DNA of 64,000 bases, from contig CAXXVS010000003.1 of assembly GCA_963674755.2 (NCBI GenBank), positions 256,001 to 320,000 on the forward strand. Direction: 5' to 3'. The translations under genes and the position numbers were made by a program. The DNA comes from Desulfobacterales bacterium. GTDB taxonomy: Bacteria > Desulfobacterota > Desulfobacteria > Desulfobacterales > UBA5852. Below, one piece after another: positions 9,734 through 18,743 of the stretch (positions within the stretch are counted from its first letter, which is position 1; every line of letters begins with the position of its first letter). The notes under the pieces were generated by a model. That model ran no database searches, was not told the origin of the DNA, and worked only from the letters and a program-made list of their open reading frames with translations.

Positions 9734-9762
9734 TTGCTTTGTTGACCAAGAAGGCCTATGTT
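9734..9762 (+). promoter_or_regulatory. sigma70-type promoter of the cold-shock gene (implies a ~120-nt 5' UTR)
   Basis: TTGCTT, 17 nt, TATGTT, preceded by an AT-rich tract. Confidence 0.5.
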
Positions 9763-9885
9763 GGACGCCTCAACAAGGCCCGTCAGGTGTTGGCGGGCTG
9801 ACAGCATTCTGAAGGACAGTACCATTGACAAGATGGCATCCTCCAGCAGGCGACGTTGAAAACTCTAAGAAAGGAGAATGGTATC

Positions 9886-10086
9886 ATGGCTAATGGCACT
9901 GTTAAGTGGTTCAACGATCAAAAAGGATTCGGTTTCATTGAGCAGGAAGACGGACCGGATGTATTCGTTCATCATTCCGCCATCAATGCGACCGGTTTCA
10001 AATCCCTCAGCGAGGGCGACCGTGTGACGTTTGACGTTCAGCAGGGACCGAAGGGTCCGGCTGCCGCCAACGTGACCCGGGTCTAG
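9886..10086 (+). CDS. csp: Cold-shock protein (CspA family)
   Basis: '[15 protein letters not shown]' (RNP1) and 'DVFVHHSAI' (RNP2); 66 aa; AAGGAG RBS. Confidence 0.97.
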   Translation: MANGTVKWFNDQKGFGFIEQEDGPDVFVHHSAINATGFKSLSEGDRVTFDVQQGPKGPAAANVTRV

Positions 10087-10103
10087 TTACCCGCCTGATT
10101 CGT

Positions 10104-10149
10104 AAAAGAGGCATTTCTTCGCTGGTTGAAGAAATGCCTCTTTTTTTTT
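10104..10149 (+). terminator. Intrinsic terminator after csp (bidirectional form)
   Basis: AAAAGAGGCATTTCTTC, 7-nt loop, GAAGAAATGCCTC, then a T9 tract. Confidence 0.9.
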
Positions 10150-10185
10150 CCTTCCCCCCCATTCCTGCATCAAGGAGGCTGCCCA

Positions 10186-10383
10186 TTGGCAAGAACAAAC
10201 TTTTCCTTTAAAAAACGACAGAAAGAACTTGAACGTCAGAAAAAACAGGAAGAAAAACGACAGCGGCGACTGGCCAAGAAAGAGGCCAAACTTGACGATG
10301 AATCCGTTCAACCCGATGGAGCGGAGCCACTTGCCGCGGAAGAAGAAAGGCCTCAAGATGAGAATGCCCCTGACACACCATAA
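10186..10383 (+). CDS. Small Lys/Arg/Glu-rich protein (65 aa)
   Basis: AAGGAGG RBS then TTG. MARTNFSFKKRQKELERQKKQEEKRQRR... with an acidic tail. Confidence 0.75.
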   Translation: MARTNFSFKKRQKELERQKKQEEKRQRRLAKKEAKLDDESVQPDGAEPLAAEEERPQDENAPDTP

Positions 10384-10819
10384 ACCTTCCTAATGCCACC
10401 ATCGTCCCCTCTGCCCGGCGGGATGTCGCTTATCCGCCATGAACATCTGGTAGGACGTGTTACCGCCGCTGCCCATTATCCTGCCTGAAAAGCCCAATTC
10501 GACCCGGGTGCTTACTTCGATCCACATCCCCCTTCGGGACTGACAAGGGCTTCGCCCTTGTCGGCCAGGGTATCTTTCATAGCGATTTCCTTGGCCAAGT
10601 CCAGTATCCCTCCGATGATAGCTTTTGGTTCCTGGCCCCGCCGCACAATGCGGAATTTCACATCTGATCTGTAACCCATCGATGTTCAACAAGCCGTCGC
10701 CGACTGGCGCCCACAGGCGTAGGCCGGCTTGTCCGCCAAAGGTGGATTGATCCTTTTTCGGGAACCCGGTCCACCGGCGGCGGGCCAAGGGCCAAAAGAT
10801 ACCGCCTCTGGACGGACAC

Positions 10820-13800
10820 TCAGGCAAACTGCTGCAGGGTCTTCAGATAATCCGGATAGCAGGACAGGTAAAAGGACAGGGCGCGGGCGAAATCATGGCC
10901 GAGAACGCCATCGATGAACATCTGGCTGATTTCCTTTTGGCGCAGGAGGGTACTCTGGGAGGTGATCAGGATATGGCGCTCCTCTTCGGTGAGGGTTCCC
11001 AGGAGCTGCTTGAAGGCGCTGCGCGACCGGGGCTGATAGAGCCAGAAATACAGGAAATCCAGGGCGTGGATCATGAGGATGCGCTCCAGGTCCTGGGCCT
11101 CGGCATTGATCCGTTCCTGATGCTGGGCCGGTTTTTCAAGTAGCTCCACGGTGCGCGCCTCCGGAAAGAGCAGCTCCATCTGCGCGTAAATTCCTAGCAG
11201 GGCCGAGAGCTTCTTGCGGTATTCCCGCGAGCGTAGCTGGATGTTCTTGAAGCGGTCGGCCGTACCTTCGATGATGCCGGCCACCATGTCGGAAGCGGTT
11301 TTGCTGATTACGGCGGCCCATTTCTGGAGCACCAGATCCACGGCGGCGATACCCCCGTAAGTCAGCAGGTTTCCCAGCAAAAGGTTGAACAGGATCGCGA
11401 TGGGAATGGAAAGCACACTCCGGAAAAAGTTGCCCAGCACCGCTCCCCGGGGCAGGCCCCGGAAGGCATTGTGGCTGGACAGATAGACCCCGTTGGTCAG
11501 GGCCATGACCGTATAGAGGGCCACCGGTTGCGTCGTGGTGTTAATACCGAAAAGATGATCCAGAACCACGGTCTTGGTCAGGTAATCGAGCAGCGGCACC
11601 GAAAACCCGGTAAACAGCAGGGAATCGGCGATGCGGTCCCAGCTCACATAGGCGTTCCAGCGCAGCAGGGGGGAGCGGCGCAGACCGCCGCCCCCCAGTA
11701 CGGACTGGAGGATATTGCGCAACCCGGTGATGCCGAACCAGATGAAGGCCCCCAAATAGGCCAGCAGCCACCAGTCTTTGGTCAGGGCAAAGGTGGCGAA
11801 GGCCGGAATGAACCCGATCAGCACTTTGATGCAGTTGCGAAGATCGGAATTGAGATAGGTCCAGGACAGGCCCGGCTTTCCGGAATCCTGGTGCGGAGGC
11901 TTGAGGTGCAGCTGATTGTCGACTTTCGTTTGTACCCCGCCCAGGGTGACGATATTGCCCTGGGGCGTCATGCGGGCGGCATCCCCCTGCACCGCCCAAT
12001 CCACGATGCGGTCATGGCCGAGGTGGCGCAGACCGGGCAGCCAGGCGCTCAGACGGTGGGCTGAACGATGACGGCTGTTGGCCTCCCTGCGGGGCACCAG
12101 AGTGATGCGCTTGTGGACGGGAAGGCGCATGGGAATCATGGCGCGCCCCTCCCCGATATCGTGCTTGATCCTTCCCAGCGCCCTGCGGGTCAGGCTGTCG
12201 ACCACCGCCAGCCCCATCCCATGCACGCGCAGGGTCTGTCCGGTGGAATCGCTGCCAATGCGCGCCTTGAGCGGCCTGTCTTTGTAGTAAGACAAAAGGC
12301 CGATGATGTCGTGCAGAATATACGTCAGCTTCTCCACCCGGTCGGACGTCAGGAGACGGTTTTTTTCACGGTGCTCGGCATTGGCGATGTACTCGAGGAT
12401 GATCCGTTTCAGAGCAATGGGGTTCTGGTCGTTGATGGCCTCCTGGAGATGACTGATGGCCTCGATATGGTCAGTTTTGGACGAGGCCCAGTCCTTGAGA
12501 TTGAAGATTTCCAGCCGGGAAATCATCCCATCGCAATCATAGAGCAGCTCAAGAACATCTTCCGGGCGCAGGCGGGTCAGGTTGAGGGTTACCCGGTAGC
12601 CTGACTGGAGTCCGGCCAGACGGTCCAGCAGCGCTTTGGGTGCCAGAATCAGTTCGGCCAGGGTTTTATCGGACTGGCCGGGCACCATGGGACTGGGAAT
12701 GCGCGGGTTGTTGGACGGTTTCAGATACCGCCCCACCAGGGCTTCCAGGTCGATCCCGTTCCACTTTTGGAACCACTCCTCGATGGATTCCCGCGCCTGC
12801 GCGTCCGCCGTCGGATAGCGTTCCCGCAGCTGATCGGCTTTGATGTGCAGGGCGGCGTAAATCTTCTTCTCAATAAACTTTTTCAGATGCAGGATCGAAC
12901 GCTGTCCGGCCCCGACGAAATCTTGAAAATCCTGGATGTCCACGGGTTCCAGGCCGATGTCGTATTCCCGGCGCAGGCGCTCCCGATGGGTCTCGTTGAA
13001 GGCCTCCAGCAAGGCGGTGACGTAGGCCTGCTGGTAGCGTGACAACAGCCGGCCCTCCCGCATCAGCCGGCTGACCCCCGGTTCCTCGAGAAAGCACAAA
13101 AACGCCTGGGCGTCCGCAAACCCCCGGGGTGTCCAGATCATCTGGATCAGGCGGTTGCGAAAGCGGGCCGGGAATTCGATGCCGATGCGCACATGGATGC
13201 CCAGAATCTCCGCCGCTTCCAGGAGTTCGGCGGCAAAGCGGGGCTCGATGTAGTTGTAGTAGACCACCCGCAGCCGCCGGATGCCCTTGATCCAGGCGTC
13301 CATGATCAGATGGGTGGACGACTTGCGCCCTTTGGTGTTGACGTCGTGCACGTGATCGTCGAAGGTGACCTGGTTCCACTCCTCCGGCATTTCCAGCAGG
13401 TGGTAGCGTCGCAATTGTTTTCGTACGGAACGGGGCCGCCCGGAGGCCGTAATCCGGAAATCGTGGGCCAGCTTGAGCTGGCGATACTGGTCGCCCCGGG
13501 CCCGCACCAGTTCCTTCATGATCTGCAGCAGGACGCGGGCCGTATTCTTCGGCAGGGAGCCTTCGGCCGTATCCAGCAGCTCGTCTTTGAGAGCCCGCAG
13601 GGCGCTGAGCCGATCGTCCATCCGGCCCATTTCCAGGGACGTCAGAAGGTGCACCATGGCGTAGGCGATGCGCAGGCTGCGGGACTCGGCCATCTCCTTG
13701 ATACCGTGGGGATGAAAATAGCCGTAGTACTGCTTGCGGGCATAACTCAGGTCACGGGCCTGCTGGATAACGGCGTTGATAATATTGATCAGCTCGGTGT

Positions 13801-13909
13801 CGCGCCGGTCGAAGAGCAGCCGGGATATCCGGGGCGGCGGCGAATCGGCCGGGCCTGTGGGGGGGCCAATGGGCAGACTGTTTTTGGGCGATGGTATCTG
13901 ATGGAGCAT
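10820..13909 (-). CDS. Large hypothetical protein: PHP-like cytoplasmic domain plus C-terminal multi-TM domain
   Basis: 1029-aa ORF with host-like codon use; 'TFDDHVHD', 'RIGIEF', 'LEIFN', 'IGSDSTG'; several hydrophobic helices after about residue 690. Confidence 0.8.
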   Translation of the reverse strand: MLHQIPSPKNSLPIGPPTGPADSPPPRISRLLFDRRDTELINIINAVIQQARDLSYARKQYYGYFHPHGIKEMAESRSLRIAYAMVHLLTSLEMGRMDDRLSALRALKDELLDTAEGSLPKNTARVLLQIMKELVRARGDQYRQLKLAHDFRITASGRPRSVRKQLRRYHLLEMPEEWNQVTFDDHVHDVNTKGRKSSTHLIMDAWIKGIRRLRVVYYNYIEPRFAAELLEAAEILGIHVRIGIEFPARFRNRLIQMIWTPRGFADAQAFLCFLEEPGVSRLMREGRLLSRYQQAYVTALLEAFNETHRERLRREYDIGLEPVDIQDFQDFVGAGQRSILHLKKFIEKKIYAALHIKADQLRERYPTADAQARESIEEWFQKWNGIDLEALVGRYLKPSNNPRIPSPMVPGQSDKTLAELILAPKALLDRLAGLQSGYRVTLNLTRLRPEDVLELLYDCDGMISRLEIFNLKDWASSKTDHIEAISHLQEAINDQNPIALKRIILEYIANAEHREKNRLLTSDRVEKLTYILHDIIGLLSYYKDRPLKARIGSDSTGQTLRVHGMGLAVVDSLTRRALGRIKHDIGEGRAMIPMRLPVHKRITLVPRREANSRHRSAHRLSAWLPGLRHLGHDRIVDWAVQGDAARMTPQGNIVTLGGVQTKVDNQLHLKPPHQDSGKPGLSWTYLNSDLRNCIKVLIGFIPAFATFALTKDWWLLAYLGAFIWFGITGLRNILQSVLGGGGLRRSPLLRWNAYVSWDRIADSLLFTGFSVPLLDYLTKTVVLDHLFGINTTTQPVALYTVMALTNGVYLSSHNAFRGLPRGAVLGNFFRSVLSIPIAILFNLLLGNLLTYGGIAAVDLVLQKWAAVISKTASDMVAGIIEGTADRFKNIQLRSREYRKKLSALLGIYAQMELLFPEARTVELLEKPAQHQERINAEAQDLERILMIHALDFLYFWLYQPRSRSAFKQLLGTLTEEERHILITSQSTLLRQKEISQMFIDGVLGHDFARALSFYLSCYPDYLKTLQQFA

Positions 13910-14216
13910 GGCAACTATCTTTAGGGCGTTGAAAACCGCATCGGACGCACTTGCTGACTTCCTTACAATGCCCTATACGCTAACATTTTTCTAACATTTC
14001 GCCAAGGTATCTCCCCATAAATGTCCCTGCCCAGCCGCCTTCAGAACCACGGCAGGTCGCGATTCGCTTGACGCTCCGGCTCAAAGTGGCCATATTGCCA
14101 AGGAATTTCATCCGCGGCCGGGCACGTTTCGATTGAGGCGCAAAGCAGCAGACCCGGCCGCCGATTCGCTTTCCCATAGGGATTCTCTCCCCCCAACTTT
14201 CAAACGGAGCGTCACT

Positions 14217-15482
14217 GTGACCAACCCGAAGCCACACGGCCGTTTTATCCCGTTCCGGAAATCGGATCTCGTCACCATGTGCCGGGACGCCGGACTGGTG
14301 CCCCGCCCGTATACAGACGATTTCGAGGATTTCCGCGCCATTCTGGAAGCCCTGCTTCATTTTGAATACCACCGACTGCTGGAATCCCTTAAAAACGCCT
14401 ATGCGCCCTTCAACCCGGATGCGGACACCCGGAGCATCCGGTCCGCTGATCCGGGACAGCACCGACAGGAGCAGAAGGAATTTGTCCGGGCCATGCACAC
14501 TTTGTTGAATGCCGCCAATTTCGAACCCATAACCGAGACCGATCTGAAGGAAGCTCTGGCCGAGGAGTCCTTGTTTAAAATCCGGCTGGAGGTGGATTTC
14601 GACGATTTCGAAGAAGTGCTTTTTTTTCGGCGGGGGGCCCATCAGCGCCGGGAAACGCTGGTATCCTTGGCCGGCCTGAGAAAAACGCCCGTGACCTTTA
14701 CGAATTACGACCGGGTGGTGGTCTACATCCAATTCAAGAAGGCCCCCTATTTCGAAGCGGCCGGCCGGCGCCGCCTGCCGTTCAGGCCCGGGGCGACCGT
14801 GATCAAACTCTTCCAGAACGTGCCCAAGGCCGACCTGGAAATGCTCTTCCCCAACAGCGAAATCCGCATGAAGACCATCGACAAGCTGATCATCGGGATC
14901 CCGGCCGCCGTAAGTGGGACGGTCGTCGTGGTCACCAAGCTGGGCGCCTCCCTGGCGCTGGTGGGCTCGCTGGTGGCATTCTGGCTGGGGCTGCGCCCGA
15001 CCGCCGTGGACATCCAGCAGGGCCACCTGGTGGCTCTGGGCCTGGGACTGGCCACTCTGGGCGGGTTTTTGTTCAAGCAGTTCAATAAATTTAAAAACCG
15101 CAAACTACGCTTCATGAAGGCTCTGGCGGAAAATCTCTACTTCAAGAACCTGGACAACAATGCCGGGGTCTTCCATCACTTGATCGATGCGGCCGAAGAG
15201 GAAGAGTTCAAGGAAGCCCTGCTGGCCTACCTCTTTTTAGCGCAGAATGAAACAGGACTCACCCGCGCGCAACTGGACGCCGCTGTCGAGGATTGGCTGG
15301 CAAAGGATTGGGATTGTACCATCGACTTCGAGGTGGATGATGCCCTGGCCAAGCTGGAGCGCTGGGGTCTCGTGCAAAAGCGCAACGGCCATCTGGCAGC
15401 ACTTCCCCTGCCGGAGGCCAAAGCCTGCCTGGATAAGCGGTGGGACAATTTCTTCGCTTTCCAGGAATCCAAATCGCCTTGA
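14217..15482 (+). CDS. DUF3754 / TMEM143-family membrane protein
   Basis: 'RFIPFRK', 'IKLFQNVPKADLEMLFP', 'LYFKNLDNNAGV', 'AEEEEFKEALLAY', 'IDFEVDDALAKL'. GTG start after GGAG. Confidence 0.85.
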   Translation: MTNPKPHGRFIPFRKSDLVTMCRDAGLVPRPYTDDFEDFRAILEALLHFEYHRLLESLKNAYAPFNPDADTRSIRSADPGQHRQEQKEFVRAMHTLLNAANFEPITETDLKEALAEESLFKIRLEVDFDDFEEVLFFRRGAHQRRETLVSLAGLRKTPVTFTNYDRVVVYIQFKKAPYFEAAGRRRLPFRPGATVIKLFQNVPKADLEMLFPNSEIRMKTIDKLIIGIPAAVSGTVVVVTKLGASLALVGSLVAFWLGLRPTAVDIQQGHLVALGLGLATLGGFLFKQFNKFKNRKLRFMKALAENLYFKNLDNNAGVFHHLIDAAEEEEFKEALLAYLFLAQNETGLTRAQLDAAVEDWLAKDWDCTIDFEVDDALAKLERWGLVQKRNGHLAALPLPEAKACLDKRWDNFFAFQESKSP

Positions 15483-15503
15483 CGACGGAACCCTTCTTCC
15501 AGC

Positions 15504-16943
15504 CTACAGCCAGCGCATCTTCAATAGCGCCTTGAATATCCACCCAAACACGTTGCCGTAAGGCGGGTAGAGAAAGGCCGCCCCCAGCGGCCGGGCCGCC
15601 TGGCGGAAGACCGGCCGCAGCTTGGAGAATTCGGCAAAGCCTTCATAGCCGTGATACTGGCCCATGCCGCTGTTGCCGATGCCGCCGAAAGGCATATCGT
15701 GCTGGGCCACGTGCATGGCGCAGTCGTTGATGCCGACCCCGCCGGACATGGTGCCGGCCACAACGGTCTCCTGGGCCTTCTCGTCGTTGGTGAAAAGGTA
15801 GAGCGCCAGGGGCCGCTCGCCGGCATTGATATAGGCGATAGCCTCGTCCAGGGTCCGGTAGGTTTTAATGGGCAGCACAGGGCCAAAGATTTCGTGCTGC
15901 ATGACCTCCATGGCATCGGTTACATGGGTCAGTATCGTCGGCGGAATCTTTCTTGATTGGGGATCCGGGTCCGTCCCTTCCAGCAGGTTAATGACCGTCG
16001 CCCCTTTGGCGCGGGCGTCATCAAGCACTCCGGTCAGCCGCTGGTAGCTGCGTTCATTGATGATGCTGGTGTAGTCCGGCGTCTCCAAACGGGGATAGCG
16101 GCGCTGAACGATGGGTCCGGCCGCGGCCACGAAGGCGTCGACTTTATCTTCCGGAATCAGGAGGTAGTCCGGCGCCACGCAGGTCTGGCCGGCATTCATG
16201 TATTTGGTGTGCAGGATCCGCTCGGCCGCCGTACGGATGTCGAAATCATCGGCAATCAGGGTGGGCGACTTACCCCCCAGCTCCAGGGTCACCGGCGTCA
16301 GGTTGTCGCCGGCGGTCTTCATGACGGTCCGGCCCGAAGTCGGGGAACCCGTGAACACGAGGTGATCGAAGGGCAGGGGCGTAAACGTCTGGGCCGAAAC
16401 CCCGGGCAGCACCGCCACCAGCTCTTCCGGGAAAACAGGGGCCAGGAGGTCGTGCAGCAGGCGGCAAAGCCGCTGGGAATGGGCGGCCATTTTGATCATG
16501 CAGCGGTTGCCGGCGGCCAGGGCGCTGGTCAGGGGACTGATCACCAGGAAAAGGGGATAGTTCCAGGGCGCGATAATGCCCACCACCCCTTTGGGCTGGG
16601 GGATGACCCGGTTGCGGGCCCCGAAAAACAGCAGCGAAACATGGCGCCGCTTGGGTTTCATCCATTTTTTAAGGTGCCGGCGAGTGAAACGCAAGCCGTC
16701 GATGGCCGGGAAAAGTTCCAGAATTTTGGTTTCATGGATCGAACGATTGCCGAAATCCCTGGAAATGGCCTCGGCAATGGCGTCCTGATTGGCGATCAGA
16801 ACGGCCTCGAGCTTTTCCAGAATGGCGCGCCGCGCCTCAAGGGACAGGGGTGGCTCCGACAAGTAAGCAGCTTTCTGGCGCTTAAAAACAGCGCGGGCGC
16901 GGTTGTCTTCAGTTATGGGCAGCACCTTGGCAGCTTCCGCCAT
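15504..16943 (-). CDS. Aldehyde dehydrogenase, coniferyl-aldehyde DH (CalB)-like class
   Basis: PWNYP, FTGS, LELGGKSP, NAGQTCVAPDY, EIFGP, PFGGIGNSGMGQYHG. Confidence 0.92.
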   Translation of the reverse strand: MAEAAKVLPITEDNRARAVFKRQKAAYLSEPPLSLEARRAILEKLEAVLIANQDAIAEAISRDFGNRSIHETKILELFPAIDGLRFTRRHLKKWMKPKRRHVSLLFFGARNRVIPQPKGVVGIIAPWNYPLFLVISPLTSALAAGNRCMIKMAAHSQRLCRLLHDLLAPVFPEELVAVLPGVSAQTFTPLPFDHLVFTGSPTSGRTVMKTAGDNLTPVTLELGGKSPTLIADDFDIRTAAERILHTKYMNAGQTCVAPDYLLIPEDKVDAFVAAAGPIVQRRYPRLETPDYTSIINERSYQRLTGVLDDARAKGATVINLLEGTDPDPQSRKIPPTILTHVTDAMEVMQHEIFGPVLPIKTYRTLDEAIAYINAGERPLALYLFTNDEKAQETVVAGTMSGGVGINDCAMHVAQHDMPFGGIGNSGMGQYHGYEGFAEFSKLRPVFRQAARPLGAAFLYPPYGNVFGWIFKALLKMRWL

Positions 16944-17059
16944 GGCATCATCCTCCGTCGATATGATCGTTGACGTTTATGATTAAGGCTACTTCCCGGT
17001 CCCATCTAGGGAGGCGCAACCAGGTCTGTTGCCAGCACCCGCCCGCCCCCACGGGGCCC

Positions 17060-18487
17060 TCAATTCTGGTTGATCACGACCATTTTAAGGGTTGTCATGT
17101 CCTCGATGGCAAACCGCACACCTTCCCGCCCCAGACCGCTGCGCTTGTTGCCGCCATAGGGGAAATGATCCACCCGGAAAGTGGGGGTGTCGTTGATCAT
17201 AACGCCCCCCACGTCCAGGGCCTGCACGGCCCGCATGGCTTTGCGGATGTCATTGGTGTAGACCCCCGCCTGGAGCCCGTAGTCCGAGGCATTGATGCGC
17301 TCAAGGGCCGCATCGAAATCGTCGTAGGCCACGATGGAGACCACCGGGGCGAAGGTTTCCCGGCACATGACCTTCATGTCCTCGGTGACGTCCGTCAGCA
17401 CGGTGGGCTGGTACATGCGACCCTCCCCTCGGCCGCCCACGGCCACCGTCGCTCCCTGGGCCACGGCCTCCTGCACCCAGGCATCGATGCGCTCGACCTC
17501 CCGGGAGTCGATCATGGGGCCCACGTCGCAGTCCGGATCTAAGGGATCGCCCACCTTGAGGCCTTTTACCTTCGCCACGAAAAGGTCGCTAAAGGCCGCA
17601 GCGCAGGCCTGGTGGACATAGATGCGCTGCAGGGAAATGCAAACCTGGCCGGAATTGGCAAAGGCGCTCACCACACAGCGTTCGGCGGCCTTGGCCAGAT
17701 CCGCATCCGGTTCGATCAGGGTGGCGGAATTGTTGCCCAGTTCCAGGGTCACCTTTTTGATGCCGGCCTTGGCGATGATCTTCTCGCCCACATCGGCCGA
17801 ACCGGTGAAGGTAACCTTGCGGCAGGCCGGATGGGTAACCAGGGCGTCCCCCACCGCAGCGCCGGCTCCCACCACAATGTTGAGAACTCCCGGCGGCAAT
17901 CCGGCCGCCATGAGCAGCTCGCCCAGCTTCAGGGCCGAGAGGGGCGTTGCGGAGGCCGGCTTGAGAACCACCGTATTCCCGGCCGCCAGGGCCGGAGCTA
18001 CCTTGTGAGCCACCAGGTTCAGGGGGAAATTGAAGGGCGTGATGGCCACTACCACGCCCACGGGTTCCCGGAGGTAGTAGCCGATGCGGTTTTCACCGAA
18101 CCGGCTGGCATCCATGGGAATGGTCTCGCCGTGGATGCGTTTGGCCTCCTCGGCCGCAAACTTGAAGGTTTCCGAGCTGCGCTGCACTTCATTGAGGGCA
18201 AACTTGAAGGCTTTGCCGGTCTCCCGGCTGATGATCCCGGCCAGTTCTTCGGCCTGCTGCCAGAGCCCGGCGGCGACCGCTTCCAGAAGCGCGGCGCGGA
18301 CGTGGGCCGGCGTCTTCTTAAAGGAACCAAAGGCGCGCTCGGCCGCCGCGACCGCCCGTCGGGCCTCGGCGGCGTCCGCCCGGGCCACGGTGGCGATCAC
18401 CTCACCCGAATATTTATTGAACACTTCCAGACGGTGCCCGGTGTCAATCCATTGTCCGTCGATCAGGGTCTTGTAAAGCTGCGGCAT
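17060..18487 (-). CDS. NAD(P)-dependent aldehyde dehydrogenase
   Basis: ITPFNFP, KPA, FTGS, LELGNNS, NSGQVCIS, ETFAPV, PYGGNKRSGLGREG. Confidence 0.93.
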   Translation of the reverse strand: MPQLYKTLIDGQWIDTGHRLEVFNKYSGEVIATVARADAAEARRAVAAAERAFGSFKKTPAHVRAALLEAVAAGLWQQAEELAGIISRETGKAFKFALNEVQRSSETFKFAAEEAKRIHGETIPMDASRFGENRIGYYLREPVGVVVAITPFNFPLNLVAHKVAPALAAGNTVVLKPASATPLSALKLGELLMAAGLPPGVLNIVVGAGAAVGDALVTHPACRKVTFTGSADVGEKIIAKAGIKKVTLELGNNSATLIEPDADLAKAAERCVVSAFANSGQVCISLQRIYVHQACAAAFSDLFVAKVKGLKVGDPLDPDCDVGPMIDSREVERIDAWVQEAVAQGATVAVGGRGEGRMYQPTVLTDVTEDMKVMCRETFAPVVSIVAYDDFDAALERINASDYGLQAGVYTNDIRKAMRAVQALDVGGVMINDTPTFRVDHFPYGGNKRSGLGREGVRFAIEDMTTLKMVVINQN

Positions 18488-18516
18488 GACGTTCCGTTCA
18501 TTGCGTAAGCGCCCCC

Positions 18517-18581
18517 GTTAAAATCGCGCTGCGTCCCGGCGCTGCCGGGGCTTGTGCACCGCCGTAAAGCGCGATTTTAAC
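18517..18581. repeat. 14-bp perfect inverted repeat enclosing an inner hairpin
   Basis: GTTAAAATCGCGCT (18517-18530) and AGCGCGATTTTAAC (18568-18581); inner CCCGGC-GCT-GCCGGG. Confidence 0.8.
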
Positions 18582-18743
18582 ATGGGGCCTAATTTAAAGA
18601 TGGCAAGGGGAGAGCCTTCGGCAGGACGGGCGGGAACCGACGAAGCGGTCCGGTTCGTTCAAATGGTGACCTCACGAGGCCGCCCCGGCTGGCCGACCGG
18701 ATGCATCGGCCAGCGAACGGCATCGCAGTTGCGAACAGGACCG

